64,000 bases of DNA from an uncultured beta proteobacterium (GCA_903928055.1 CAIYPG010000154.1:5774-69773), one strand, 5' to 3'; shown: positions 11,019 through 21,006, counted from the first letter of the stretch. Translations and numbers: made by a program. The notes: generated by a model from the sequence alone, not told the origin.

Positions 11019-11489
11019 ATGACTGACAAGGTTGTCATCAAGACGATGGATGAGTTGCGCGCCAAGATCGGCCAGGAAGTTGCCGTGGGCAAATGGCTCA
11101 CCGTCACCCAGGAACTGATCAACAAGTTCGCCGAAGCCAGCGGCGATTACCAGTGGATCCACGTCGATGTCGAACGCTGCAAGAAGGAATCGCCTTTCAA
11201 GACGACGATTGCCCACGGCAATCTGACGCTCTGCCAGTTGTCATCGATCGGTCGCAACTGCGACATTGAACTGCCTCCGGCCAAGATGGGCGTCAACTAC
11301 GGCAGCAACAAGGTGCGCTTTACCGGCGTGGTTCCGGTTGGCTCGCGCATCCGCGGCCGCTACAAGCTGCTCGATATCAAGGACGTGGATGCCAGGACTT
11401 CGCTGATCACCTGGGGTGTCACCGGTGAGATCGAAGGGGGCACCAAGCCCATTTTCATCGCCGAGACGCTGTCGCGGCGGGTCGAATAA
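11019..11489 (+). CDS. MaoC-like (R)-hydratase / hotdog-fold dehydratase
   Basis: 156 aa from the ATG at 11019 (AAGGAGAGGGAG RBS). ...FAEASGDYQWIHVDVERCKKESPFKTTIAHGNLTL... is the MaoC/NodN motif. The track ORF 10914.. is a 5' over-extension. Confidence 0.85.
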   Translation: MTDKVVIKTMDELRAKIGQEVAVGKWLTVTQELINKFAEASGDYQWIHVDVERCKKESPFKTTIAHGNLTLCQLSSIGRNCDIELPPAKMGVNYGSNKVRFTGVVPVGSRIRGRYKLLDIKDVDARTSLITWGVTGEIEGGTKPIFIAETLSRRVE

Positions 11490-11540
11490 CAAGGAGTCAA
11501 CGCGCCCGGCCGAGGCTGGCGGGCGCTTTCAGCCGCATCA

Positions 11541-12308
11541 ATGAATGACATCCCCGCCCAGCAGTGGATCAAGGGCCGCGTCAGCGGCCGCAGGCGGTGG
11601 ACCGATGCGCTGTTTTCCCTCCAGGTCGATGCCGATCCCCTGGATTTCGAAGCCGGCCAGTTCATCAAGCTGGCGCTGCCCCTCAATGGCGACATGGTCG
11701 GCCGGCCGTGTTCATTCGTCAATGCGCCGCATCGGCGGCCGCATGAGTTCTATGGCGTCACGGTGCCCGGCGGGCCGCTCAGCCCGCACCTTGCAGCACT
11801 CAAGGAGGGTGACGACATTTATCTTGCGTCGCGCCCGTCCGGATTTCTCGTGCTGTCGGAAGTGCCCGACGGCGACAGCCTGTGGCTGATCAGCACGGGA
11901 ACCGGCATCGGTCCTTTCCTGTCCATACTGGGTACGGACACCGTCTGGCGACGTTTTCGCCAGGTCATCCTGGTCCATGGAACCCGCCACATGTCGGAAC
12001 AGACCTACAGGGATGCCATCGCCGCGATTGGTGTTGCCCATCCGGACCGCTTTCGCCTGGTTTCCCTGCTGACAGGCGACCAGGCTGGTGTTGATGCGCA
12101 CACGCTGGCCGGTCGCATACCGCAGGCGATTGCTGACGGCCGCCTTGAGCGTGCCGCTGGCGTGCCGCTGGCACCGGAAAGCGCGCAGGTCATGCTGTGC
12201 GGCAATCCCGCCATGGTGTCCGATGCCAGCGCAGTGCTGCTGTCGCGCGGCCTGAAAAAGAACCGCCGGCGCACGCCCGGAAACATCACCGTGGAAAACT
12301 ACTGGTGA
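11541..12308 (+). CDS. fpr: ferredoxin-NADP+ reductase
   Basis: 255 aa. ...RWTDALFSLQV...FEAGQFIKLAL...GTGIGPFLSIL...MLCGNPAMV...ITVENYW; bacterial subclass Fpr hallmarks including the C-terminal aromatic residue. Confidence 0.9.
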   Translation: MNDIPAQQWIKGRVSGRRRWTDALFSLQVDADPLDFEAGQFIKLALPLNGDMVGRPCSFVNAPHRRPHEFYGVTVPGGPLSPHLAALKEGDDIYLASRPSGFLVLSEVPDGDSLWLISTGTGIGPFLSILGTDTVWRRFRQVILVHGTRHMSEQTYRDAIAAIGVAHPDRFRLVSLLTGDQAGVDAHTLAGRIPQAIADGRLERAAGVPLAPESAQVMLCGNPAMVSDASAVLLSRGLKKNRRRTPGNITVENYW

Positions 12309-13213
12309 AGCAGTCCTTCGCGCCAGCAAGGCCGGTGACGCCGGTACTGCGTGGCGTGCTGGTCGCCGTGGTGCTGTTTGCGTCGCTTGTCCTCGCCGCC
12401 TGCAGCACCGTTCGATTTGCCTACAACAATGTCGATGCGCTGGTCCGTTTCATGGCCTCGGACTACGTCGAGTTCGACACGGCCCAGTACGAGCAATTCA
12501 AGCTGCGCCTGGCCGGCCTGCATGAATGGCACCGCGCGCAGGAACTGCCGGTGTACGTGGCGCTGCTGCGCACTGCAGGCGATAAGGTCGGCCGGGGCCT
12601 CACGGCTGATGACGTGGCCTGGGCCATCAGCGAGCTGCGCATCCGCTACCGCACGCTCTCGGCCCGCGCCGCTGAGGATGCCGCACCGCTGCTCGCGCAG
12701 TTGAGCGATGCGCAGATCGCCGACCTCGAGAAGAATTTCGCCGAGCTGAACCGCAAATACTCCCGTGATCGGCTGGAAGGAGACCAGCAGAAATTGCGGC
12801 GCAAGCGTGCCGAACAACTGCAGGGCTATTTCCGCGACTGGACCGGAAAGCTGAGCGATGACCAGGAGGCGCGCATTGAACGCTTTGCCGATGACTTCGG
12901 CCACCTGACCGCGTTGCGATTCGAGGATCGCAAGCGCTGGCAGGGCCAGGCGCTCGCGCTGCTGCGCGCCGAGCGAAAATCGCCGCAGTTTGCAGCGCAC
13001 CTCGCAGCGCTGTTCACCCGCCCCGAAGAGGGCCGTTCGGCGGAGTACATCGCCGCCCAGGCCCGTTATGAGTCCGGCCTTGCCGGGCTGGTGGTTGACA
13101 TCGATCGCACGCTCACCCAGGAACAGCGTGTGGCGGCGGTGCGCCGCATGCACCACTATGCCGATGAATTTGCCGCGCTGGCCGGACAGCGCGCCGTCGC
13201 GCGCCCGTCCTGA
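12305..13213 (+). CDS. lipoprotein of unknown function
   Basis: GTG at 12305 overlaps the fpr stop (GTGA). Signal peptide with lipobox LVLAAC, mature part CSTVRFAYNNVDALVRFMASDYVEF.... High GC3. Family not assigned with confidence. Confidence 0.7.
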   Translation: MKQSFAPARPVTPVLRGVLVAVVLFASLVLAACSTVRFAYNNVDALVRFMASDYVEFDTAQYEQFKLRLAGLHEWHRAQELPVYVALLRTAGDKVGRGLTADDVAWAISELRIRYRTLSARAAEDAAPLLAQLSDAQIADLEKNFAELNRKYSRDRLEGDQQKLRRKRAEQLQGYFRDWTGKLSDDQEARIERFADDFGHLTALRFEDRKRWQGQALALLRAERKSPQFAAHLAALFTRPEEGRSAEYIAAQARYESGLAGLVVDIDRTLTQEQRVAAVRRMHHYADEFAALAGQRAVARPS

Positions 13214-13236
13214 ACCGCCTGACTGATCGTGGCGCC

Positions 13237-14058
13237 ATGACCGCGCGCCCCACACTGGTCTTTTCACACGCCAACGGCTTTCCCGGGGCGTGCTACCGCA
13301 AGCTGTACAGCTTCCTTGAAGACGACTTCCGGGTACTGCACGTCGATTGCTTCGGCCATGATCCGCGCTATCCGGTCACCGACGGCTGGGTGTCCCTGCG
13401 TGACCAGTTGGCTGATTTTGCCGCTGCCCATGCCCGGGACGATGCACCGGTCATTGCCGTCGGGCATTCGCTGGGCGGCTATCTCAGCCTGCTTGCGGCC
13501 GCCAGCCGTCCGTCCCTGTTCTCTGCAATCGTGCTGCTCGATTCACCGATCCCGGGCGCGTGGAAGGGCGCTGCGCTCGGCATGCTTAAGCGTTTCGGGC
13601 TCGTGGATCGGGTCACGCCTGCGGGGGTGACACGCGAGCGCCGCCGCGAATGGGCGTCGGTCGAGGCGGTCTATCACCACTTCCAGGGCAAGCCTGCCTT
13701 CCGGCAATTTGATCCGAACTGCCTGCGCGATTACGCCACGCTGGGGACGGTGCCCGCCGGTGGTGGTGTGAGGCTTGTATTTGACCCGCAGGTCGAATAC
13801 CGCATCTATCAGGGCATCCCGCATGACCTGGCGCGCCATCTGCCGGGACTGACCGTTCCCGCGGGATTCATCGGCGGGCGCCGGTCTGCAGACATCCGCC
13901 GCATCGGGCTGGACCTCACGCAAAGGCATTTCAGGGTGGACATGGTTGAGGGCGGGCATCTGTTCCCCTTCGAGCATCCGCGCGATGCTGCGAAGGCCAT
14001 CCGCGAGATGATTGCCATGCTGGGCGTGAAACCTGGTGGCAATGTCATTGCCGGGTAA
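13237..14058 (+). CDS. alpha/beta hydrolase
   Basis: 273 aa. VFSHANGFPG..., nucleophile elbow GHSLGG, C-terminal ...GGHLFPFEHP. Confidence 0.85.
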   Translation: MTARPTLVFSHANGFPGACYRKLYSFLEDDFRVLHVDCFGHDPRYPVTDGWVSLRDQLADFAAAHARDDAPVIAVGHSLGGYLSLLAAASRPSLFSAIVLLDSPIPGAWKGAALGMLKRFGLVDRVTPAGVTRERRREWASVEAVYHHFQGKPAFRQFDPNCLRDYATLGTVPAGGGVRLVFDPQVEYRIYQGIPHDLARHLPGLTVPAGFIGGRRSADIRRIGLDLTQRHFRVDMVEGGHLFPFEHPRDAAKAIREMIAMLGVKPGGNVIAG

Positions 14059-14167
14059 TGCGCTGAGGGTGTTTCAGCAGGAGGAAGCGGTTGAAATGCG
14101 CTGGCGCCAGAGTGGACAGAGAGGGGGGGCGGGGCGCGATCCTGCAGGGGAAAATGCGAAATTCAGA

Positions 14168-14212
14168 GGGTGATGCAGGGGATGACGCAGAGGTAATGCA
14201 GAGATGAAGCAG
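14168..14212. repeat. degenerate ~11-nt tandem repeat x4
   Basis: GGGTGATGCAG / GGGATGACGCAG / AGGTAATGCAG / AGATGAAGCAG read directly from the sequence. Purine-rich on the + strand. Confidence 0.6.
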
Positions 14213-14217
14213 AAACG

Positions 14218-14248
14218 CGCGGTGTGACGGCGTGGCCGCCACACCGCG
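14218..14248 (-). terminator. hairpin terminator downstream of the SWIB gene
   Basis: CGCGGTGTG(A)CGGC-GTG-GCCG(C)CACACCGCG: 13 paired positions, located 8 nt after the stop of the minus-strand gene. Confidence 0.5.
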
Positions 14249-14255
14249 GCGTGAA

Positions 14256-14567
14256 TTACTTGAGGTGCTTGCTGACGAGCTTGGTCATCTCGAACATGGA
14301 CACCTGTTTCTTGCCACCGAAAATCTCCTTGAGCTTTTCGTCGGCATTGATGTTGCGCTTGTTCTTCGCGTCCTGCAGCTTGTGCTTCTTGATGTAGAGC
14401 CAGATCTTCTTGGTGACTTCGGTGCGGGGCATCGCGCCCGTGCCGATCACCGCGCCCAGAGCTGCGCTCACGGTCATCGGCTTCATGAATGCTGCATTTG
14501 GTTTGCGCTTGGCTGCGGCTTTCTTCTTAGCGGGTTTCTTCGCGACTACTTTTTTCTTTGTGGCCAT
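14256..14567 (-). CDS. SWIB/MDM2 domain protein with Lys/Ala-rich histone-like tail
   Basis: 103 aa from MATKKKVVAKKPAKKKAAAKRKPN.... The rest (...MTVSAALGAVIGTGAMPRTEVTKKIWLYIKKHKLQDAKNKRNINADEKLKEIFG...) is a SWIB domain. Confidence 0.85.
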   Translation of the reverse strand: MATKKKVVAKKPAKKKAAAKRKPNAAFMKPMTVSAALGAVIGTGAMPRTEVTKKIWLYIKKHKLQDAKNKRNINADEKLKEIFGGKKQVSMFEMTKLVSKHLK

Positions 14568-14889
14568 GTATGTGTACTCCCTCAATCGTTTCGGGGTCGG
14601 TGAAAAGGATTGCACAACAACGTGCGCGCTGAGAATGCTTCAATGGCGCGTCAATGTCAACGGTAGAAGATCAAAAATTCATGCTGTTTTCCCTCTGAAA
14701 CGGCCGGAACTTTCAAGTGTGAAAACGATGCTCGATGCCGCAGGCGGCCCGGCTTGATCACCTATAATTGGCGACAGTGAAGCAATGGTGCGCGCATGCC
14801 GCCGCATCGGACAGACCTTCGGGCACACCGTTCCGGGCTACTGACAGAATCATGACGAACAATGCAGGCGCTTATTTCTCCGTTGTTTT

Positions 14890-15978
14890 TTGCCGCCTGC
14901 CGCAGAGCGGCACGACCGGGGTAGCAGGGTGAGCAACCACGCCGGCAGCCTGCTGAGCGATGGCGCCAGCCATGTCATCGACCCCCAGGTGCGCGTGCTG
15001 CTCGAGCGCTGGGCGCAGGAGCCCCAGCCCGCCTATGCATCCCTGGCGCCTGCCGAGGCGCGCCGGCTGTACCGCGAGTCGCGGCTGCGCCTGCAGGGTG
15101 AGCCGGTGCAGGTTGCCGCCGTGGAGTCCCTGACGGCCGATGGCGCAGCGCAATCCGCATCCCAGCCTGCATCTCCACCCATTGGATTGCGGCTGTACCG
15201 GCCGTTCTCGCAGGGCGAATCCCCTCTGAAAGCCCCTGTCGCAGGGCCCTTACCCTGCCTGGTGTATTTCCATGGCGGTGGCTGGACGCTGGGCGATCTG
15301 GACAGCCACGATGACCTGTGCCGCGCGCTGGCACACGCCGGGCAGTGCGCTGTTGCAGCGGTCGATTACCGCCTCGCCCCGGAGAACAGATTCCCTGCGG
15401 CGGTGGACGACGCCATTGCCGCGACACGCTGGATCGCCGCGCATGGCCGTGAAATGGGAATTGATACTCAGCGCCTCGCCGTCGGCGGCGACAGCGCCGG
15501 CGGAACGCTGGCTGCGGCAGTGGCGCTTGTCCTGCGCGGCGGCGACATCCCGCTCGCTCTGCAACTGCTGTTCTATCCGATCACCGACATGGCGCATGAA
15601 CTGCCCTCGCATTTCAGGCTGGCCGAAGGTTATGCGCTGACGCGCGCGAGCCTGCTGTGGTTTCGCGGCAACTACCTGCGCAGCGAAGCGGACATCGCCG
15701 ACTGGCGCGCCTCGCCGCTGCGTGCCGCGGACCTGGCCGGCCTGCCACCGGCCAGCATCATCACCGCCGGGTTTGATCCCCTGCTCGACGAGGGGCGCGC
15801 CTATGCCGAGCGCCTGCATGCGGCCGGCGTGCCGCTCCGGTATGAGTGTTTCAACGGCATGATCCACGGTTTTCTACTCATGGCCGGCGAGCTGGCTGCC
15901 AGCCGCCACGCCATCCATCGCGCCGGACAGTCTTTGCGCGAAGCCTTCACAGGACGCTTCAATGCCCTTGCACGCTGA
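14890..15978 (+). CDS. alpha/beta hydrolase fold-3 esterase/lipase (HSL family)
   Basis: HGGGW oxyanion motif (YFHGGGWTLGD), GDSAGG nucleophile, ...HGF near the C-terminus. TTG 14890 is the track start; GTG 14929 is an equally plausible start. Confidence 0.88.
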   Translation: MPPAAERHDRGSRVSNHAGSLLSDGASHVIDPQVRVLLERWAQEPQPAYASLAPAEARRLYRESRLRLQGEPVQVAAVESLTADGAAQSASQPASPPIGLRLYRPFSQGESPLKAPVAGPLPCLVYFHGGGWTLGDLDSHDDLCRALAHAGQCAVAAVDYRLAPENRFPAAVDDAIAATRWIAAHGREMGIDTQRLAVGGDSAGGTLAAAVALVLRGGDIPLALQLLFYPITDMAHELPSHFRLAEGYALTRASLLWFRGNYLRSEADIADWRASPLRAADLAGLPPASIITAGFDPLLDEGRAYAERLHAAGVPLRYECFNGMIHGFLLMAGELAASRHAIHRAGQSLREAFTGRFNALAR

Positions 15979-16036
15979 ATGCGGGGATTCGGGCATGTCC
16001 ACCCCCGGCCATCAGTCCGGTGGCCGCGAGAGGTCG

Positions 16037-16660
16037 CTAGAAGCGTCCGCCGAGGCGGTAGAACACGATCTTGGCCAGTTCAAGCAGCACGTTGCGCGCC
16101 GCGTCCTGGTCAGTCCACCAGCGTTCCGGGAAGGGATCGTAGGGCGTCGGGACGATGCGCACCTGGCCCGCCGCAAAACGGTCGGTGAAAATCATGCGGG
16201 TGCGGCGCAGGTGATAGGGCGAAGTCACCACCAGCAGGTGGCTGTCCGCCGCCGTGCCGGAGAGGGCGGCGCGCAGGGCATCGGCTTCAGCCGCAGTGCT
16301 CGGCACCTCGCCGCCGACCGTGCTGATGGCCGCATCGGGCACGCCCAGCTTCACCAGCACCTCGCGGTACACCGCTTCGGTTCGCGGGAAGGCCACGCCG
16401 ATCTCGTCCAGTTTGCGCTGCGGGCGGCCGCGCGCCTCGATGGTCAGCAGCACCTTCGGTGCCAGCCCCTGCCGGTACAGGTCGGCGGCATACACGACGC
16501 GCAGGGCATCCCCGGACAACACCACGATGGCATCGGCGCGCGCCGGCGCGTCGGGCACATTCAGCCAGCCTGCAGCGAACCAGAGCACGGTGCCGGCCAA
16601 TGCCAGGCAGGCACTGGCAAATACGGCGGCGGCGAGCAGGCAGCGGCGAAGGCACGACAT
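16037..16660 (-). CDS. DUF218 (YdcF/ElyC-like) membrane-anchored protein
   Basis: 207 aa from MSCLRRCLLAAAVF.... ...AIVVLSGD... and ...LLVVTSPYHLRRT... are DUF218 hallmarks. Confidence 0.8.
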   Translation of the reverse strand: MSCLRRCLLAAAVFASACLALAGTVLWFAAGWLNVPDAPARADAIVVLSGDALRVVYAADLYRQGLAPKVLLTIEARGRPQRKLDEIGVAFPRTEAVYREVLVKLGVPDAAISTVGGEVPSTAAEADALRAALSGTAADSHLLVVTSPYHLRRTRMIFTDRFAAGQVRIVPTPYDPFPERWWTDQDAARNVLLELAKIVFYRLGGRF

Positions 16661-16731
16661 GGCGGAACAATTCCTGCAGGGGGATCGGCCGGATTCTACG
16701 CCCGGCCGGCTGGCGTTCACAGAGTGCGAAG

Positions 16732-17520
16732 ATGAGGCGCATGCGCCGCTGGCCCGTCGGCCGCCAGACCGCCGTTGCGGTGAGCGAGGAGGGCGGTGTG
16801 CGCTATCTCCACATCGGTGGCGATGCCATCCAGAGCGCCATGCGCCTGTCCAATCCGGACCACCTGGAACTGCATTACAACCGCGCCATGATGGGCTTCC
16901 TCCTGTTCCGTCCCGATCCGCGCGAAGTGCTCATGGTGGGTCTCGGCGGGGGCTCGATGGCGCGTTTTCTGCATCGCAGCCATGCGCGCTGCCGGGTCAC
17001 GGCGATCGAACTCAACCCGGACGTGGTGGCGGCAGCGCGGCGGCATTTCGACCTGCCCGCCGACGGTCCGCGTTTCAGCACCGTGCTTGATGACGGCGCC
17101 GCCTGGGTGGCGGCCCATCCCGGCGAAGCGGACGTATTGCTGCTGGATGCCTTCGATGACGGCCACCAGGTCGCGGGGCTGTGCAGCGAGGCGTTCTACC
17201 GCACCGCGTTTGCTGCACTGCCGGAAAACGGCATCCTGGTGCAGAACTTCATGTCCGATGACGATCGCGTCGACCTCTACGCCGAGCGCATCGAACAGGC
17301 TTTCGGCCGGCCGCCGACCTTCCTGGCTGCGGCCGACCGCGTGAATACCATCCTGTTTGCCTCGCGCAGCGCGCCGCAACGCATCGCCTGGAGCACCCTG
17401 GAGAAGCGCGCAGCCGCCCTGCAGGAGAAATTCGGGCTACCCGGCAACCATTACCTTGCCAGCTTGAAACGCCTGAACACCCGGTCCGGTCGCGACAGCG
17501 AAAGATTCTTTGTTTTCTGA
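16732..17520 (+). CDS. spermidine synthase-like class I methyltransferase-fold protein
   Basis: 262 aa from the ATG at 16732. ...VLMVGLGGGSMARFL...VTAIELNPDVV...LLLDAFDD.... The track ORF 16459.. is an over-extension into the divergent gene. Confidence 0.7.
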   Translation: MRRMRRWPVGRQTAVAVSEEGGVRYLHIGGDAIQSAMRLSNPDHLELHYNRAMMGFLLFRPDPREVLMVGLGGGSMARFLHRSHARCRVTAIELNPDVVAAARRHFDLPADGPRFSTVLDDGAAWVAAHPGEADVLLLDAFDDGHQVAGLCSEAFYRTAFAALPENGILVQNFMSDDDRVDLYAERIEQAFGRPPTFLAAADRVNTILFASRSAPQRIAWSTLEKRAAALQEKFGLPGNHYLASLKRLNTRSGRDSERFFVF

Positions 17521-17768
17521 GTGAAGCTGACGGCGGCGTCTCCTGCGACAGGGCTGTGGATGCGAGCCGATTTCATTGAGCGGCCCCGCCTATCTGACCG
17601 CAATGCTGCTCTGAACGGGCATTCTGCACCGGGTTACAATGCTGGCCAACGCGCCCTCATTCACAGAAAAAGGCGCAGGCCGCAGGCCAGCAGACCGCGA
17701 TGCAACCATGAACGCGGCGCCGAACCGGCTTTCCGCAACCGCGATACAAAGTTGGAGTCCGCATTCTC

Positions 17769-19868
17769 ATGATCTCAGTCGAATACAAGGTGCAGGGTCC
17801 CGTAGCCGTCATTTGCTTCAGCAATCCGCCCGTCAACGTGCTCTCCCACGCCATGCGCGCCGAAATCCACGCTGCGCTGGACCGTGCCGAGGCCGATGCC
17901 GCCGTGCGTGCCATCATCCTCGCCGGCACCGAGAACGCCTTTTCCGGGGGCGCCGACATCAAGGAGATGGGCACGCCCAAGGCTTCGGCCTTTCCGACGC
18001 TGCATGACATGATCGCCCGCCTCGACGAGATGAAAAAGCCGGTGATCGCCGCCATGAGCGGCTTTTCCGTCGGCGGCGGCCCCATCCTCGGCCTGGGATG
18101 CCACTACCGCCTGGCCCGCAAGGGCACGCGCATTTCCTTCCCGGAAATCGACATCGGCCGTGTCGCCACGCCGGGCACGCAACTGCTGCCGCGCCTGGTC
18201 GGTGTGGACTATTCCATCGAGCTTCTGGTCGGCGGCCGCTTCGTCTCCCCCGAGCGCGCCAGGCAGATGGGCCTGATCGATGAAGTGATCGACGGCGATG
18301 TGGTCGAGGGCGCGCTGAAATTCGCCGAGACGCTGCTCGCCTCGGGCAAGGGTGTGCGCCGCGTGCGCGACATGACCGTGCCGCCCTCGGATGGCAAGGC
18401 GGAGATGGATCGCAAGTTCCCGCGCGGCATGAAGCTGCCCGGCCTGATCATCGACTGCATCCAGGCCGCCACGCGCATGAACCTCGAGGAGGGCATGGCC
18501 TATGCCCATCACATCGCCCAGGACGTGCTGAAGACCACCGAGCACAAGGCCGTGGCCTATGCGACTGCCGCCGAGCGCATCGCCGCGAAGATTCCCGATG
18601 TGCCGCCTGACACGCCGAAGCGCGCGATCAGGTCAGCCGCGGTGCTGGGCGCCGGCACCATGGGCGGCGGCATCACCATGTGCTTTGCCAATGCCGGCAT
18701 TCCGGTGACCGTGATCGAGGTCAAGCAGGAGGCACTCGACAAGGGGCTGGCCATCATCAAGCGGAATTACCTGGCCACCGCTTCCAAGGGGCGCCTTACC
18801 GAGGCCGACGTCAACAAGCGCATGGCCTTGATCACCGGTTCTCTGGATCGCAACAGCGCCTCCACCGCAGACATCATCGTCGAGGCGGTGTACGAAGACC
18901 TCGACCTGAAGTGCGAAATCTTCAAGGCGCTCGATGCCATCGCCAAACCGGGCGCCATCCTCGCTTCGAATACCTCCGGCCTCGACATCGACAAGATGGC
19001 CGCCGGCACGAAGCGTCCGGAAGACGTGATCGGCGCGCACTTCTTCTCGCCGGCCAATGTCATGCGCCTGCTCGAAGTGGTGCGCGGCGCGAAGACCTCG
19101 AAGGAGGTCATCGCCACCGTCATGGACCTCGCCAAGAAACTCGGCAAGGTACCGGTGCTGTCGCGCGTATGCGATGCCTTCATCTGCAACCGCATGATGA
19201 AGCCGGTGCGCTCGCAGAACAACGTCATGCTGGAGGAGGGCGCGAGCCCGAAGCAGATCGACGATGCACTGCTCGCTTTTGGCATGGCCATGGGTCCCTA
19301 CCGTGCCGCCGACAACTCCGGCATCGATGTGGGCTGGCGCGGCCGCCAGTCACGCAAGAAGGCCGGTCTGCCCTTCGTGGCGGATGACCTGGTCGACGGC
19401 CTGTGCGAGCAGGGCCGCTGGGGCTGGAAGACCGGCAAGGGCTGGTACCGCTACGAGCCCGACGGCCGCGGCGGCTTCTCGCGCACCGCGCTGCCCGATC
19501 CGGATGTCGATGCCTACCTTGCAGCCCATCGCAAGAAGCTCGGTGTCCAGCCGCGCGACATCAGCGAGCAGGAGATCGTTGACCGCTACATGTTCGCGCT
19601 GGCCAATGAAGGCGCGAAGATCCTCGAGGAGGGCATTGCCATCCGCGCCTCCGACATCGATGTCACCTATCTCACCGGGCGCGGCTTTCCGCTGCATCGC
19701 GGCGGGCCGATGTTCAACGCTGACGTGGTGGGCCTGAAGAACGTGGTTGCCGCGATCGAGCGTTTCAAGACGTATTACCAGGGCGAACTGTGGCAGCCTT
19801 CGAAACTGCTGCTGCAACTGGCGGCCGAAGGCAGGAGCTTCAAGGATTACGACGCAACGAAGAAGTAG
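17769..19868 (+). CDS. bifunctional enoyl-CoA hydratase / 3-hydroxyacyl-CoA dehydrogenase (FadB/FadJ-like)
   Basis: 699 aa. N-terminal crotonase fold (...FSGGADIKEM...), central NAD-binding VLGAGTMGGGIT, 3HCDH C-terminal domains. Confidence 0.9.
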   Translation: MISVEYKVQGPVAVICFSNPPVNVLSHAMRAEIHAALDRAEADAAVRAIILAGTENAFSGGADIKEMGTPKASAFPTLHDMIARLDEMKKPVIAAMSGFSVGGGPILGLGCHYRLARKGTRISFPEIDIGRVATPGTQLLPRLVGVDYSIELLVGGRFVSPERARQMGLIDEVIDGDVVEGALKFAETLLASGKGVRRVRDMTVPPSDGKAEMDRKFPRGMKLPGLIIDCIQAATRMNLEEGMAYAHHIAQDVLKTTEHKAVAYATAAERIAAKIPDVPPDTPKRAIRSAAVLGAGTMGGGITMCFANAGIPVTVIEVKQEALDKGLAIIKRNYLATASKGRLTEADVNKRMALITGSLDRNSASTADIIVEAVYEDLDLKCEIFKALDAIAKPGAILASNTSGLDIDKMAAGTKRPEDVIGAHFFSPANVMRLLEVVRGAKTSKEVIATVMDLAKKLGKVPVLSRVCDAFICNRMMKPVRSQNNVMLEEGASPKQIDDALLAFGMAMGPYRAADNSGIDVGWRGRQSRKKAGLPFVADDLVDGLCEQGRWGWKTGKGWYRYEPDGRGGFSRTALPDPDVDAYLAAHRKKLGVQPRDISEQEIVDRYMFALANEGAKILEEGIAIRASDIDVTYLTGRGFPLHRGGPMFNADVVGLKNVVAAIERFKTYYQGELWQPSKLLLQLAAEGRSFKDYDATKK

Positions 19869-19897
19869 ATTCGGAGCGTGGTGGAGTTTCCCTGCTG

Positions 19898-20893
19898 ATG
19901 ACTAAGGAAAATTTCGTGAAAGTGAAGACACTGCTCAAGACCGGCATTGCATTGCTGACGTCCGTGATCGGCACGGCGGCATTTGCGCAGGCCTACCCGA
20001 CGAAGCCGGTGCGCATCATCAACAACTACACCCCGGGCGGGACCACCGACTTTGTTGCACGCGCCATGGCACAGAAACTGACCGACGCGCTGGGGCAGCA
20101 GTTCCAGGTGGAGAACAGGCCGAGCGCCAACGGCGTGGTTGGCTCGCAGGAAGCGGCGCGCGCCAAACCCGACGGCTATACGCTGCTCTTTTCCACCTCG
20201 GGCCACACCTCCATTCCGATGGCACTGCTGGGCAGCAAGCTGCCCTTCAACCCGCCGAAGGATTTCGCGCCGATCACGCTGCTGGTCGTCAGCAACCAGT
20301 CGATCGTCGTGCATCCCTCGCTGGGCGTGAAGAACATTCCCGAGCTGGTGAAACTGGTGAAGGCCAATCCGGGCAAGTACGCCTACGGCTCGGTCGGCCC
20401 GGGCAGTCCCAACCACCTCGGCGTAGAACTGCTGAAGTACATGACCGGCATGGACATGGTCCACGTGCCCTACAAGGGCGGATCGCAGGCCGTCATTGAT
20501 CTCGTCGCGGGCCGCACCGTGCTGATGCTGAACAGCAACGCCTCGCTGATGCCGCACATCAAGGCGGGCAAGATCATCCCGATCGCAGTCGGTGGCAAGA
20601 CCCGCTCCTCGGCGCTGCCCGATGTGCTGCCGGTGTCCGAACAGGGCTATCCCGACTATGACGTCACCACCTGGTACGGAATGTTCGGCCCGGCCTGCCT
20701 GCCGAAGGACATCGTTGGCAAGCTGAATGTCGCACTCAATGCCGCGCTGAAGCAGCCCGACATCATCAAGAGCTTCGATGCGCAGGGCGTGGAGCCGCTT
20801 GGCGGCACGCCCGAGGATCTGTCGAAGAAGATGATCGGAGAGTACGAACGCTGGAAGAAAGTGGTTGAGTTCGCCCACATCGAGGCCGAGTAG
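19898..20893 (+). CDS. Bug/TctC-family tripartite tricarboxylate transporter substrate-binding protein (paralogue 1)
   Basis: 331 aa. Signal peptide then AYPTKPVRIINNYTPGGTTDF. ...PNHLGVELL...HVPYKGG...WYGMF...GTPEDL... are family hallmarks. Confidence 0.92.
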   Translation: MTKENFVKVKTLLKTGIALLTSVIGTAAFAQAYPTKPVRIINNYTPGGTTDFVARAMAQKLTDALGQQFQVENRPSANGVVGSQEAARAKPDGYTLLFSTSGHTSIPMALLGSKLPFNPPKDFAPITLLVVSNQSIVVHPSLGVKNIPELVKLVKANPGKYAYGSVGPGSPNHLGVELLKYMTGMDMVHVPYKGGSQAVIDLVAGRTVLMLNSNASLMPHIKAGKIIPIAVGGKTRSSALPDVLPVSEQGYPDYDVTTWYGMFGPACLPKDIVGKLNVALNAALKQPDIIKSFDAQGVEPLGGTPEDLSKKMIGEYERWKKVVEFAHIEAE

Positions 20894-20976
20894 CGGCGCA
20901 CGACGACGGGTATGCGACGTCGGGCAGGTAGCGGCAAAGAAGGCTGGATCGACAAGAGCACCGCAGTACCCTAAAG

Positions 20977-21006
20977 GGCGGGGTCCGACAGGGCCCCGCC
21001 TTCATT
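20977..21006 (+). terminator. hairpin terminator after Bug paralogue 1
   Basis: GGCGGGGTCC-GACA-GGGCCCCGCC followed by TTCATT. Confidence 0.5.
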
